From: a bacterium
GTDB lineage: Bacteria; Margulisbacteria; WOR-1; O2-12-FULL-45-9; XYB2-FULL-48-7
Assembly (NCBI GenBank): GCA_043812655.1
Contig: JBDRLW010000008.1
Location: 3,198-67,197 of the forward strand
Direction of reading: 5' to 3'
DNA: 64,000 nucleotides
Shown piece after piece: positions 47,040 to 56,069 of this stretch. A program made the position numbers and the translations under genes. The notes beneath the pieces were generated by a model. It searched no databases. It saw only the letters and a program-made list of their open reading frames with translations, and was not told the origin of the DNA. The number at the start of each line of letters is the position of its first letter. Position 1 is the first letter of the stretch.

Positions 47040-48451
47040 TGTAGTAAATTATGGATCGCCTTGGCCGCCCGTTTGCCGTCGCCCATGGCGGAGATAACGG
47101 TCGCGGCGCCGCGGACAATGTCGCCTCCGGCGTAAACCGCGGGGATCGAGGTCGCACCCTCCGGAGTAATGACCACGCCTCCCCACTTTTCGGTTTTGAG
47201 ATTTGGGGTACGCATCGGGACAAGCGGATTAGGAGAATTACCGATCGCCACGATCACTGTGCCAATTTGCAGTTTGAAGTTTGAGTTTGGAATCTCGACC
47301 GGCCTCCGTCGGCCGCTAGCATCGGGTTCGCCTAATTCCATCCGCAAACATTCCGCTTCAGCCACCCACCCATCACTATTAGGCAAATACTTGACCGGCA
47401 AAGTTAAATTCTTAAAAATTATCCCCTCTTCTTCCGCCCGTTTTACCTCTTCGATCCTGGCCGGCATCTCTGCCTGGGTCCGCCTATATATAATGTAAAC
47501 TTCTTTGGCCCCCAAGCGAAGAGATACCCTGGCCGCGTCCATCGCCACGTTGCCGCCGCCAACAACCGCGACTTTTTCACCGACTTTGACCGGCGTTAAA
47601 TATTCGGGGAACTTATAGGCCTTCATCATGTTGACCCGAAAAAGATATTCATTAGCGGAGTAAACCCCCTGGAGATTCTCGCCGGGAATATTCATGAATT
47701 TTGGCAAGCCGGCACCCGAGCCGATAAACACTGCTTGATAATTTTTTAACAATTCTTCGATCGTTAAGACATTACCGATCAGCATGTCAGTTTCAACTTT
47801 AACCCCAAGTGTTTTAACATATTCAACTTCAAGATTCACGATCTCTTTGGGCAAACGGAATTGCGGGATCCCGTATGTCAAAACGCCGCCCGTTACGTGA
47901 AGCGATTCAAAGATCGTCACTTGATACCCTAACCTAGCTAGATCGCCAGCGCACGTTAACCCCGCCGGCCCCGACCCGATTACTGCAACCCTCACCCCGT
48001 CACTCACTTCGTTCGTGCCACCCCTCTCCACTTTGTGGAGAGGGGAATGAATTCCGACGAAGTCGGAAGAAAGGGGTGAGGCCTTGTCCGCCACAAACCT
48101 CTCTAGGCTCCCGATCGCGATCGGCTCGCCCTTAACGCCCAACACACACTTTGCCTCGCATTGTTCTTCTTGGGGACAAACTCTACCGCAAACAGCGGGG
48201 AGAGCATTGGTCTCTTTAATTTTTTTCGCCGCTCCGGCAAAATCTCCTTGGGCCGCTAATTTTAGAAATCCGGGAATATCGACTTCGACTGGACAGCCGC
48301 TAACGCAAAGCGGTTTCTTGCATTGGATGCATCTTTTAGCTTCAGCGATCGCTTGTTCTACGGTAAAGCCTTGCGGCACTTCCTCAAAATCACGGATCCG
48401 CTCCGCTACCCCCCGCTCCGCCATATGTTGTCTTTTTGGTTTTTCAATCAT
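47036..48451 (-). CDS. GltD-like NADPH oxidoreductase beta subunit (NfnB/SudA-type)
   Basis: N-terminal Fe-S Cys motifs and two Rossmann GxGxxG folds. Paired with an NfnA/PyrK-like gene. Contains a 93-bp in-frame R1 insert. Confidence 0.7.
   Translation of the reverse strand: MIEKPKRQHMAERGVAERIRDFEEVPQGFTVEQAIAEAKRCIQCKKPLCVSGCPVEVDIPGFLKLAAQGDFAGAAKKIKETNALPAVCGRVCPQEEQCEAKCVLGVKGEPIAIGSLERFVADKASPLSSDFVGIHSPLHKVERGGTNEVSDGVRVAVIGSGPAGLTCAGDLARLGYQVTIFESLHVTGGVLTYGIPQFRLPKEIVNLEVEYVKTLGVKVETDMLIGNVLTIEELLKNYQAVFIGSGAGLPKFMNIPGENLQGVYSANEYLFRVNMMKAYKFPEYLTPVKVGEKVAVVGGGNVAMDAARVSLRLGAKEVYIIYRRTQAEMPARIEEVKRAEEEGIIFKNLTLPVKYLPNSDGWVAEAECLRMELGEPDASGRRRPVEIPNSNFKLQIGTVIVAIGNSPNPLVPMRTPNLKTEKWGGVVITPEGATSIPAVYAGGDIVRGAATVISAMGDGKRAAKAIHNLLQ
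47989..48081. mobile_element. R1 MITE-like element (93 bp) inserted in frame within the nfnB/gltD-like CDS
   Basis: CCTCACCCC...GGGGTGAGG terminal inverted repeats. Encodes an extra KASPLSSDFVGIHSPLHKVERGGTNEVSDGV just before the conserved VAVIGSGPAG. Confidence 0.8.
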
Positions 48452-48465
48452 TTTACTTTTTTATA

Positions 48466-48591
48466 CCCTCACCCAGTACCGCTGAACCTTTCCCCCTCTC
48501 CCAAAGGGAGAGGGTAATTCCCTTTTCCTCTCCGCGTTTTACCTTCTCCCTCTGGGAGAAGGGGGCGTCTTTTGCGCCAGCGGATGAGGGC
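48466..48591. repeat. R1 composite element in the nfnA-nfnB intergenic space
   Basis: accctcaccc box, ccctctcccaaagggagaggg and ccttctccctctgggagaaggggg hairpins, gcgccagcggatgagggc box (reverse complement of the box at 18544). Confidence 0.8.
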
Positions 48592-48593
48592 TA

Positions 48594-49427
48594 TTATAAT
48601 CCCAACAGCTTGCACACATGGTCCGAGGCTCTCTTTTCCACATCCTTAAACCCGCGCAGCCTGGCTGTTAACTCATTAAAATCAACTTCGTGCCCGTCAA
48701 ACTCCGGCCCGTCAACACAGGCAAATTTTATCTTGCCGCCGACGGTAACCCGGCATACCCCGCACATCCCGGTCGCGTCAAGCATTAAAGGGTTAAGTGA
48801 AACGACAGTCTTGATCCCAAAAGGTTTGGTCACATCACAACAAACTTTCATCATCGGCACCGGCCCAACGGCCACCACTTCGTCAATCTTTTTGCCGGAA
48901 GCTATCAAGTCTTTTAGCACATCAGAAACGAATCCCTTGCGCCCGTATGACCCATCGTCCGTTGTAACCAACAACTTCGCACTAATGACTGACAGCTCGT
49001 TTTCATAAATCAAGAGAGCTTTATTCCTCGCCCCGATAATTGTAATGACTTCAGTCCCGGCATTTTTCAACGCTTTGACTAAAGGATATATTTCAGCGAT
49101 CCCAACCCCGCCGCCGATCACCACCACGCAACCATTTTCAACTATATGCGAAGGGGTGCCGAGCGGACCTAAAAGATGTGCGAGCTCATCCCCAGCTTTT
49201 AAGGAATTCAACACCTGGGTCGTCCCCCCAACGATCTGGAAAATAATCGTAATGGTCCCAGCCGTTAAATCGCTGTCGGCGATCGTTAATGGGATCCGTT
49301 CGGCTGTCTCCGTTGGGACAACAATGACAAACTGCCCCGCCTTTGCCGACTTGGCAATATGAGGCGCTTCGATCGTTACCCGGGAAATTGTTTCGTTGAT
49401 CTTTTCCTTTTTTACTATTTTAGCCAT
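48594..49427 (-). CDS. NfnA/SudB/PyrK-like FAD/NAD(P)-binding [2Fe-2S] electron-transfer subunit
   Basis: Ferredoxin-NADP-reductase-like fold with C-terminal Cys residues (CGVCRV...C). Start trimmed to MAKIVKKE at 49427. Confidence 0.65.
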   Translation of the reverse strand: MAKIVKKEKINETISRVTIEAPHIAKSAKAGQFVIVVPTETAERIPLTIADSDLTAGTITIIFQIVGGTTQVLNSLKAGDELAHLLGPLGTPSHIVENGCVVVIGGGVGIAEIYPLVKALKNAGTEVITIIGARNKALLIYENELSVISAKLLVTTDDGSYGRKGFVSDVLKDLIASGKKIDEVVAVGPVPMMKVCCDVTKPFGIKTVVSLNPLMLDATGMCGVCRVTVGGKIKFACVDGPEFDGHEVDFNELTARLRGFKDVEKRASDHVCKLLGL

Positions 49428-49452
49428 TTGTTTAGATTTGATTATAACAGAA

Positions 49453-50364
49453 TCAATATCTTGGGACAAACATCCGCCTTTGTCTGGCGGCATCTTGGAA
49501 ATTGATCCTTTTATCTTCACCTTTACTCGATAATATTTCCGTTTGAAAAGAGATGGAAAACACATTATTGATCGCACCTGTAATATTGTCTCTAAAATAG
49601 GCGGCGTAATCAAAGTTATACCCTCCTAACTCAACTCCTACTCCATAAGTCCTCAGATTTTGATCAAACCCCGCCCTTAGCGCCAAGATCTTCATAGGCT
49701 GCCACTCGATCCCAGAATAACTAATTGGCGTTTGGTCTTTAATGGTCGGAAAACTGTCTTGGGCAAAATATAACTTTAAATCCTGTCCAGCCAACTCTTT
49801 TAGAGAATTTTTCTGGCCTAAAAGGTTGACCACTGCTCCATTTTTCCAAACAGCCGGGTGGCCAGTCATTTCGATCGATTTTTGAATGGCTGTACCAAAT
49901 GTTAACCACCGGTTTAATTTAAAAATTAGTCCTAAGTCCAGCTCTTTGCCAACCCCCCCCCCATGATCCTTGTAACTGATCCCTGCCATAAATCTCTTAA
50001 GTTCAACGCTATAAGCTAAAATCGCGGCCTTATTATCGTAGTTGCCCGACTGGCCCGAAGCAGTAAGGCCCGCACTAAAAATCCCGTAATCTGTCGGGTA
50101 AGCTGTCGCAATGGTCAGATAACGATAATCATTAGGCAGATCTCCATATAATAAACAGCTTTGCCATTTAGTGATCGCTGCTATTCCAGCCGGATTGGAA
50201 TAAAGCGCGCCAACATCGTCAACTTGTCCCACAAAAGCTTTCCCCAACCCCAAGGCTCTGGCACTTAAAGGAAAAGTAGCGGGATCGGGGACTTTAGTTT
50301 GCGCCAATGAAATTACAGAAGTAAAAATAAATAATGTTAAGACAACAAAAAAGCTTTTTTTCAT
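49453..50364 (-). CDS. Outer-membrane beta-barrel protein (FadL/PorV-like N-terminal motif)
   Basis: Signal peptide; GLGKAFVGQVDDVGALYSNPAGIA resembles the FadL/PorV family N-terminus. Confidence 0.4.
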   Translation of the reverse strand: MKKSFFVVLTLFIFTSVISLAQTKVPDPATFPLSARALGLGKAFVGQVDDVGALYSNPAGIAAITKWQSCLLYGDLPNDYRYLTIATAYPTDYGIFSAGLTASGQSGNYDNKAAILAYSVELKRFMAGISYKDHGGGVGKELDLGLIFKLNRWLTFGTAIQKSIEMTGHPAVWKNGAVVNLLGQKNSLKELAGQDLKLYFAQDSFPTIKDQTPISYSGIEWQPMKILALRAGFDQNLRTYGVGVELGGYNFDYAAYFRDNITGAINNVFSISFQTEILSSKGEDKRINFQDAARQRRMFVPRY

Positions 50365-50368
50365 CCGG

Positions 50369-51889
50369 TTAGTTTACTTTAATTTTATATTTTCCGATCT
50401 TATAACCCAACATCCTTTCGGTGATCCCCAGCGCTTTAGCCGCTTTACGCTGGCTTTTATATTTCCCAAGCGCTTTTTCGATCCGCTGTTTTTCGATCGC
50501 TTCAACGATCTGCGGGAGCGTCGCCCCTTCCGGCTGGATGTCTTCTTCTTTTTTGATCGAAATAGTGGCCGGCAAATATCGCGGCGTGATCACATCTTCA
50601 TCGCAGATCACGACCGCTCGCTCAATGATATTTTCCAGTTCCCGGACATTCCCGGGAAAATCGTATTTCACCAAAATATCTAGGGCCGCGCGGTTGAGCC
50701 CTTTTATTTTTTTCTTATTCTCCTTATTATATTTATGGACGAAATGGTCGGAGAGCAAGGGAACATCTTCGCTCCGTTCACGTAAAGGCGGTAGTATGAC
50801 GGGAAAAACATTGATCCGGTAATAAAGATCTTCCCGGAATTTGCCTTGTTTTACCATTTCGGTCAAGTTGCGGTGGGTCGCGCAAATTACCCGGACATTG
50901 ATCTTGATCGTTTCGTTGCCACCGAGACGCTCAAATTCTTTTTCCTGCAAGATCCGCAACAGTTTGACCTGGGTCGCTAAGGTCAAGTCGCCAATCTCAT
51001 CAAGGAAAAGCGTCCCTTCATTAGCCAATTCAAACCGCCCCTTCCGCCGCTCGGTCGCGCCGGTAAATGCCCCTTTTTCATAGCCAAAAAGTTCCGCTTC
51101 GAGCAAATTCTCCGGCAGCGCGGCGCAAGCGACTTTAATGAATGGTTTATCGGTCCGGCCGCTCGAGTAATGGATCGCCGACGCGACTAATTCTTTCCCG
51201 GTCCCCGATTCGCCAAGGAGCAGGACCGTCGCCTGGCTGTCAGCCACTTGCATCGCTGAAACCAACATCGTTTCCATGATCCGCGAACTGTACACTATAT
51301 TTCCAAACTGATATTTCCCTTTTAATTCCCGACGGAGTTTGATATTCTCCGAAACGACCGCCTGCTTATCAAGCAGCGCTAATTCCCTTACCCGCACCGC
51401 CTGCCCCACCATCGCCGCAATGATCGTTAAAAGCTTAATGTCTTCTTCGTAAGAAATATTCCCTTTAAAAAGATGGTCAACTGAAAGGGCGCCAATAGTT
51501 TTATTTCCCGCTTTGATCGGCACACAAAGGAAGGCAAATTTTCTCTCCTGCAAATTCCGCCGCGCCTGGGTCCGGTTCAAAAAAAGTGGGTCAGCTTCAA
51601 TATTTGGAATAACCATCGGTTCACCCGTCGCTACCACCCGGCCGGTGATCCCTTCGCCGATCTTATAGCGGCCCCGCTCTTTTTCTTCTTTTGTTAGCCC
51701 GTGCGCAACTTCGATCCGCAGTTCGTTAGTTCCAGGCGTGGTTAAAGTGATCGTCCCCCGCTCCATTTCCAGCGAATCGGCCAAAACCTTTAGGATCGAA
51801 TCAAGTGTTTCGGGCAGGTCAAGCGAAGTCGACAGCGCGGTACTAATATCAACTAAAACCTTAACTTTAATATCTCTGGTCGGACTCAT
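50369..51889 (-). CDS. GAF-domain sigma54-dependent transcriptional activator (NifA/NtrC family) with C-terminal Fis-type HTH
   Basis: N-terminal GAF domain, Walker A GESGTGKE, GAFTGA sigma54-contact motif, C-terminal HTH. Confidence 0.85.
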   Translation of the reverse strand: MSPTRDIKVKVLVDISTALSTSLDLPETLDSILKVLADSLEMERGTITLTTPGTNELRIEVAHGLTKEEKERGRYKIGEGITGRVVATGEPMVIPNIEADPLFLNRTQARRNLQERKFAFLCVPIKAGNKTIGALSVDHLFKGNISYEEDIKLLTIIAAMVGQAVRVRELALLDKQAVVSENIKLRRELKGKYQFGNIVYSSRIMETMLVSAMQVADSQATVLLLGESGTGKELVASAIHYSSGRTDKPFIKVACAALPENLLEAELFGYEKGAFTGATERRKGRFELANEGTLFLDEIGDLTLATQVKLLRILQEKEFERLGGNETIKINVRVICATHRNLTEMVKQGKFREDLYYRINVFPVILPPLRERSEDVPLLSDHFVHKYNKENKKKIKGLNRAALDILVKYDFPGNVRELENIIERAVVICDEDVITPRYLPATISIKKEEDIQPEGATLPQIVEAIEKQRIEKALGKYKSQRKAAKALGITERMLGYKIGKYKIKVN

Positions 51890-51912
51890 ACAATATTGTA
51901 TCCTTATACATT

Positions 51913-51941
51913 ATTGTAGCAAACAACACGCCGGGTAGCAA
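51913..51941 (-). promoter_or_regulatory. Sigma70-type promoter (TTGCTA-17-TACAAT) of the sigma54-activator operon; copy A of a duplicated promoter
   Basis: Minus strand reads TTGCTAcccggcgtgttgtttgcTACAAT. Its 17-bp spacer is nearly identical to the copy at 56082-56110. Confidence 0.5.
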
Positions 51942-51970
51942 TGTTTTGAAGGCTAGATTCTATTTTTTAA

Positions 51971-52417
51971 TTAAAGCCCATTATCCTTCCTAATCCTCTG
52001 GATATATTTGCGTTCAACAAGTTTGCTAGCCAACACTTTTTGGATAATATTTTTCAGCCGATCGGCCGATAAATTACCCAGGACATGAAGTTGATGAAGG
52101 TTATAATTATTTTGCAATTCTATAATATCTAATTCGAAAACACGATTTGGCTGGATATAGGTCTCCCTTTCAAACGCTCCTTCCTGGCCGGCCGCGATAC
52201 AAACATCATCGCCGCGATAATGGCGGTTATGGTCGTCAATCGGCGTTGTGGTTGCTATTGTTGCCAGAACTGTTCGCAAATCAGCCGCCGTCAAAATTAT
52301 CAAACGCTTAAAGTGGCTTTCGCCGTCTGGAAAATAAACCAGGGTTCGAATGACGCAACCAGGAGCCAGCCACTCCAGCAATGCCTTGTCAGTAACTTTT
52401 TTAGGCAGGTCAAGCAT
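51971..52417 (-). CDS. Hypothetical protein; candidate toxin partner of the Panacea-domain protein
   Basis: 148 aa, overlaps the upstream Panacea gene by 8 bp. No recognisable family from sequence. Confidence 0.3.
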   Translation of the reverse strand: MLDLPKKVTDKALLEWLAPGCVIRTLVYFPDGESHFKRLIILTAADLRTVLATIATTTPIDDHNRHYRGDDVCIAAGQEGAFERETYIQPNRVFELDIIELQNNYNLHQLHVLGNLSADRLKNIIQKVLASKLVERKYIQRIRKDNGL

Positions 52418-52967
52418 TTTTGGAGAAAAGGTGGGTCAGGGCTTTATTGTTGTCGCTGTCTTCTTTCAATATTTCAACCAAAGCCTTTTTCCTCTCTGCC
52501 GGTAATTCATCAATCATGTCATACGCTGATATTTCTCCATGTTCGCTGGCGTTTTGCCAGGAGTTTTCTTTGTGGCTGATATCAACCAAGCGGCTGGATG
52601 TATAACGGCCATACTCGTTAATGACTCTTTGGATAATTATTGTTTCTGATTCGGACAGCTCTTTTAAATCCGGCTTATTTTTGCATTTAATCGTCCGGTT
52701 TTTATCGCTGCCAATAATAAGATACCGCCGCAAATACGCCTCTTCTTCTTTAAACAGGTTGCCTCTTTCGTTAATAATATCCAAAACCTGGGAAGGGATC
52801 GGGCCAAGCGGCAATTTAAAATAGATATCGCCAGTAACAAATCTGCCATATTCGATTAAATGCAGTTTATCGATGTAATACAATAATTTACAGGCCTTTA
52901 ATTTATCAATTGGCCCAAGCTCATCAGCCAAACAGCCTAAAACCGCTACCACTTTTCTTATGTTCAT
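52410..52967 (-). CDS. Panacea-domain (DUF4065, SocA-like) protein; probable antitoxin
   Basis: KLLYYIDKLHLIEYGRFVTGDIYFKLPLGPIP matches the Panacea core (KLqKLLY...GPV). Confidence 0.55.
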   Translation of the reverse strand: MNIRKVVAVLGCLADELGPIDKLKACKLLYYIDKLHLIEYGRFVTGDIYFKLPLGPIPSQVLDIINERGNLFKEEEAYLRRYLIIGSDKNRTIKCKNKPDLKELSESETIIIQRVINEYGRYTSSRLVDISHKENSWQNASEHGEISAYDMIDELPAERKKALVEILKEDSDNNKALTHLFSKNA

Positions 52968-52979
52968 TGCCGCTCCCTC

Positions 52980-55900
52980 CTATTTTTTATTGTCATTATA
53001 GACCTTCATCCCTTCCTTCACCACCCCAACATTATCAATCTCCCCCATAATCCTATCCGTTTCAGTCAACGCCACAATAATCTTCTGATAATGCTCAATA
53101 TCGCTATTGGTTAATGTCCTTCCCTTGCGGTCTTTGAGCCATTTTTGCGCCGGCTGGTAGCCGCCAATATAGAAATGCCAGGCAACTTCCGGCACTTTGC
53201 CAAAATATTGGTCTTTATTAATAAAGACTTTGCCGTCTTTATAAGCTATCTTCTCAGTTGCATTGGTTCCAGCGACTGGATACGTCGTTATAAAGTTATT
53301 TACTTTGGGCGATTCAAGGAGGTGCAATGAGCGCAATTCTGTTCCAAGTTCGGCCAGAGCTTTAAATGTTTTAGCATCGTTAGGATACGGCACACGAGGA
53401 AAATCACTCTTCAAAAACTCTTTAAACTTTGTTCGATAAGCTGGCGAGTGTAAAACTGCGTAAATATAGTCAAGAATGTTTTCTGGGGAAACAGCACCTA
53501 TACTTTTTTCTATTTCATCAAGAACTTCCTTTTTAAAGTTTGGAGATTTACTTCCATCTTCTTTAAAAATATAAAGTGGAAAAACCTGTTCGCCTCCACG
53601 ATAAAAGCAATTAAGATCAACAATGCTATCTATAACAAAAGCAACATTCCATTCCATCGAACCGACAGCTTGTCCTTGACGCCCTACAGCAAGGCCTAAA
53701 TTATGCCCTTTTAGAAAATTAGTCATCAATTTAATTCTTGGCCGCCAAATCAATTTGCTATCAAAATATGTATATTGCCGGTCAAATGGCCGGTAGATAA
53801 TTGGAACAAGCTTGTCTTGTTCAAAAATAATATCCTTTTTGTTCCCTGCTATCCATTTAGAATAATTTTTCCCAAGGTCATATTGCTCATTCATTGTGCT
53901 TTCGGAAATATTTTCGGATAGATAGTTTTCAATTCGTCTACTTAATATATCCCTATCCATATTAATAATAAAACCATCACCTAAAGTAAACACACCGGTT
54001 GTGCTTTCCACAAAAAAATCATTCAAATTAAACCCTTGTTGATATTCCACTTCAAGCTTTCCCGACCCTTCCGAGGCAAAAACAAGATTTGGCTGGCGCG
54101 ATTCCAATTGTACCCATTCAGCTTTTCCCACTGAAAGATCATTAAGAAGTTTAAATTTATTTTCGCGATCACCCCAAATATCAAGTCGATATATTTTTGC
54201 GAGATCGCCTTTCTTTTTCTTCCCAGTTTTTACCGCCAACATAATTGCCACTCCCTGTTGTATGGCAAAGACATTTTCATCTTTACTCCCGTCTGGCGCA
54301 ACTTCTTTTTTCTTAGCGTTCCCGTGAAGATCAATAACATAAATAGAATCAAATGTATCCATAAGATGCCAGCGCATCCCACGAAAGGTCGGGTTATCCA
54401 AGTATCCATGATTGGTAATAAAACCAACAACACCCTCCCCGTTCTTCGCGATCATATCTTCAGCAAAGGCAATAAACTTTACATAATCATCATTAAGCCA
54501 ATGTTTCCGCTCTTGGAGTTTTTGCTTGCCTCCAGGCTCAACTTTATACTTAGCAACCAGGCTATTGGCATAATCTGTTTCATTTGAAGAAACACCAGAA
54601 TACGGCGGATTGCCGATCACTACCATGATCGGCATCTCGTTTTTGATCTTGCTTGCTTCCTTAGCTTCTTCGGCAATACTTTCGGCCAATCCAAAAGAAA
54701 ACATGGTTTGCTGGGCTTCGCCAGCTTCCAAAGAATTGGTCAGATAGATTCCCAACCGCCGATGAAATTTCCAAAAGCCGGTCTTCTTAAAAGCCAGGCT
54801 TAATTTCAAATGCGCGATCGTGTACGGAGTCATCATCAGTTCAAACCCGTGCAGTCGAGGTAAAAGGTCATTGTGGACATAAGCCGGCCAGCGCCCATCC
54901 TGCCCCTGCTTTTTAAGCCTGCCATAAATAAGATTGATCGCCGCGCTGATAAAGGTCCCTGTTCCCACCGCCGGATCAAGGATTTGCACCCGGTGCTTGT
55001 TGTTTGGCAGTTTTGAAGTGTCGGCTAAGCCGCCAGCTAAGCCAAACTCATTTTTCAGGATATGATCAACCGATCGGACGATAAAATTAACCACCGGCAA
55101 AGGAGTATAATATGCCCCCATCCTCTTGCGCAGTTCAGGATCGTATTCCCTTAGAAAATCCTCATAAAAATGGATAACAGGATCAGCATCCCTTAAATAA
55201 TCCTCAAGCAACTGTTTTATATTGGAATGCAGGAAAACAACACAAAGTTCATCAACAATATAGCTCAATCGCTTGTCAAAACTTGGTCCGGCAATGTGGT
55301 CAAAAAAATGCCGCAAAAATGGGTTTGAGGCTGGCACCAGGTCGCGCGCCTCCTGGCGGGAAAAAGTATCAGACGTTTCATCATAATAGCGGGCCACAAA
55401 CAGGCCATAGACTAGCGTTTGGGCGTACATGTCGGCAAATGATTCAAACGTCAGGTCATGGACCAGCATTTTCTTGATCGCTTCATACACCCTAACCAGC
55501 TCGCCATTTTTTTCCGACTCGAGCGTCAAATAATGCAGGATATTATCCCTGATCCTCTGCGCCTTGCCACCCATTATTTTAGCCAGGTGTTCGCCTGATT
55601 TTATCGGCTCTTTATGCGACTGGGCAAAATCCAGCAGTGTTTTCGCTGCGTGTTCGTAATTTTCCGGCAGTAGCGTGATCACGCGATCCTTTAGATCATA
55701 GGTCGCTATTTTTATGGATTCATTATAACGCTTGCCATTTCGATAAAAACGAAATTCCAAGTAATCGGTCAAAACCAGGTTAGCATAACCAAAATATCTG
55801 GCCATTTGCTCCGATTTTTCCACTTTATCCAAAGAGACGCCAATATCTTTTGTTTCTATATAAAGAATCGGCACTTCATTATATAAAATAAAATCCGGCC

Positions 55901-56069
55901 GGTTTCCCTCATTAGCCTTTGGGTCATTATCAATCCTTTTAACCTTAATAGATTCAAAAATCCCCTTCAGTAATATTTCAAAATCAGCGCGGTATCCCAT
56001 TTCGCTGGTTTCTTCATGCGAAAACTTTTCCGAGACTGATTTAAGGTATTTAGCTACTATTTCTTTCAT
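52980..56069 (-). CDS. MmeI-family Type IIL restriction-modification enzyme (single-chain PD-ExK nuclease + gamma-class N6-adenine MTase + TRD)
   Basis: N-terminal RPDFILYNEVPILYIETKD (D...ExK arranged as in MmeI), MTase motif I DPAVGTGTF, motif IV NPPY. 1029 aa. ATGA overlap with the upstream gene. Confidence 0.7.
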   Translation of the reverse strand: MKEIVAKYLKSVSEKFSHEETSEMGYRADFEILLKGIFESIKVKRIDNDPKANEGNRPDFILYNEVPILYIETKDIGVSLDKVEKSEQMARYFGYANLVLTDYLEFRFYRNGKRYNESIKIATYDLKDRVITLLPENYEHAAKTLLDFAQSHKEPIKSGEHLAKIMGGKAQRIRDNILHYLTLESEKNGELVRVYEAIKKMLVHDLTFESFADMYAQTLVYGLFVARYYDETSDTFSRQEARDLVPASNPFLRHFFDHIAGPSFDKRLSYIVDELCVVFLHSNIKQLLEDYLRDADPVIHFYEDFLREYDPELRKRMGAYYTPLPVVNFIVRSVDHILKNEFGLAGGLADTSKLPNNKHRVQILDPAVGTGTFISAAINLIYGRLKKQGQDGRWPAYVHNDLLPRLHGFELMMTPYTIAHLKLSLAFKKTGFWKFHRRLGIYLTNSLEAGEAQQTMFSFGLAESIAEEAKEASKIKNEMPIMVVIGNPPYSGVSSNETDYANSLVAKYKVEPGGKQKLQERKHWLNDDYVKFIAFAEDMIAKNGEGVVGFITNHGYLDNPTFRGMRWHLMDTFDSIYVIDLHGNAKKKEVAPDGSKDENVFAIQQGVAIMLAVKTGKKKKGDLAKIYRLDIWGDRENKFKLLNDLSVGKAEWVQLESRQPNLVFASEGSGKLEVEYQQGFNLNDFFVESTTGVFTLGDGFIINMDRDILSRRIENYLSENISESTMNEQYDLGKNYSKWIAGNKKDIIFEQDKLVPIIYRPFDRQYTYFDSKLIWRPRIKLMTNFLKGHNLGLAVGRQGQAVGSMEWNVAFVIDSIVDLNCFYRGGEQVFPLYIFKEDGSKSPNFKKEVLDEIEKSIGAVSPENILDYIYAVLHSPAYRTKFKEFLKSDFPRVPYPNDAKTFKALAELGTELRSLHLLESPKVNNFITTYPVAGTNATEKIAYKDGKVFINKDQYFGKVPEVAWHFYIGGYQPAQKWLKDRKGRTLTNSDIEHYQKIIVALTETDRIMGEIDNVGVVKEGMKVYNDNKK

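Noticed and set aside
47989-48081. Could the in-frame insert in the nfnB-like gene be a mini-intein?
   Set aside because: It is only 31 aa, has no Cys/Ser-...-His-Asn splicing motifs, and is 90% identical at the DNA level to an intergenic repeat copy. It is a repeat insertion, not an intein.
52980-56069. Could the large N6-adenine MTase be a BREX PglX?
   Set aside because: It has an N-terminal PD-ExK nuclease module arranged as in MmeI, which PglX lacks. No brxA/B/C, pglZ or brxL genes are nearby. Type IIL RM is the better fit.
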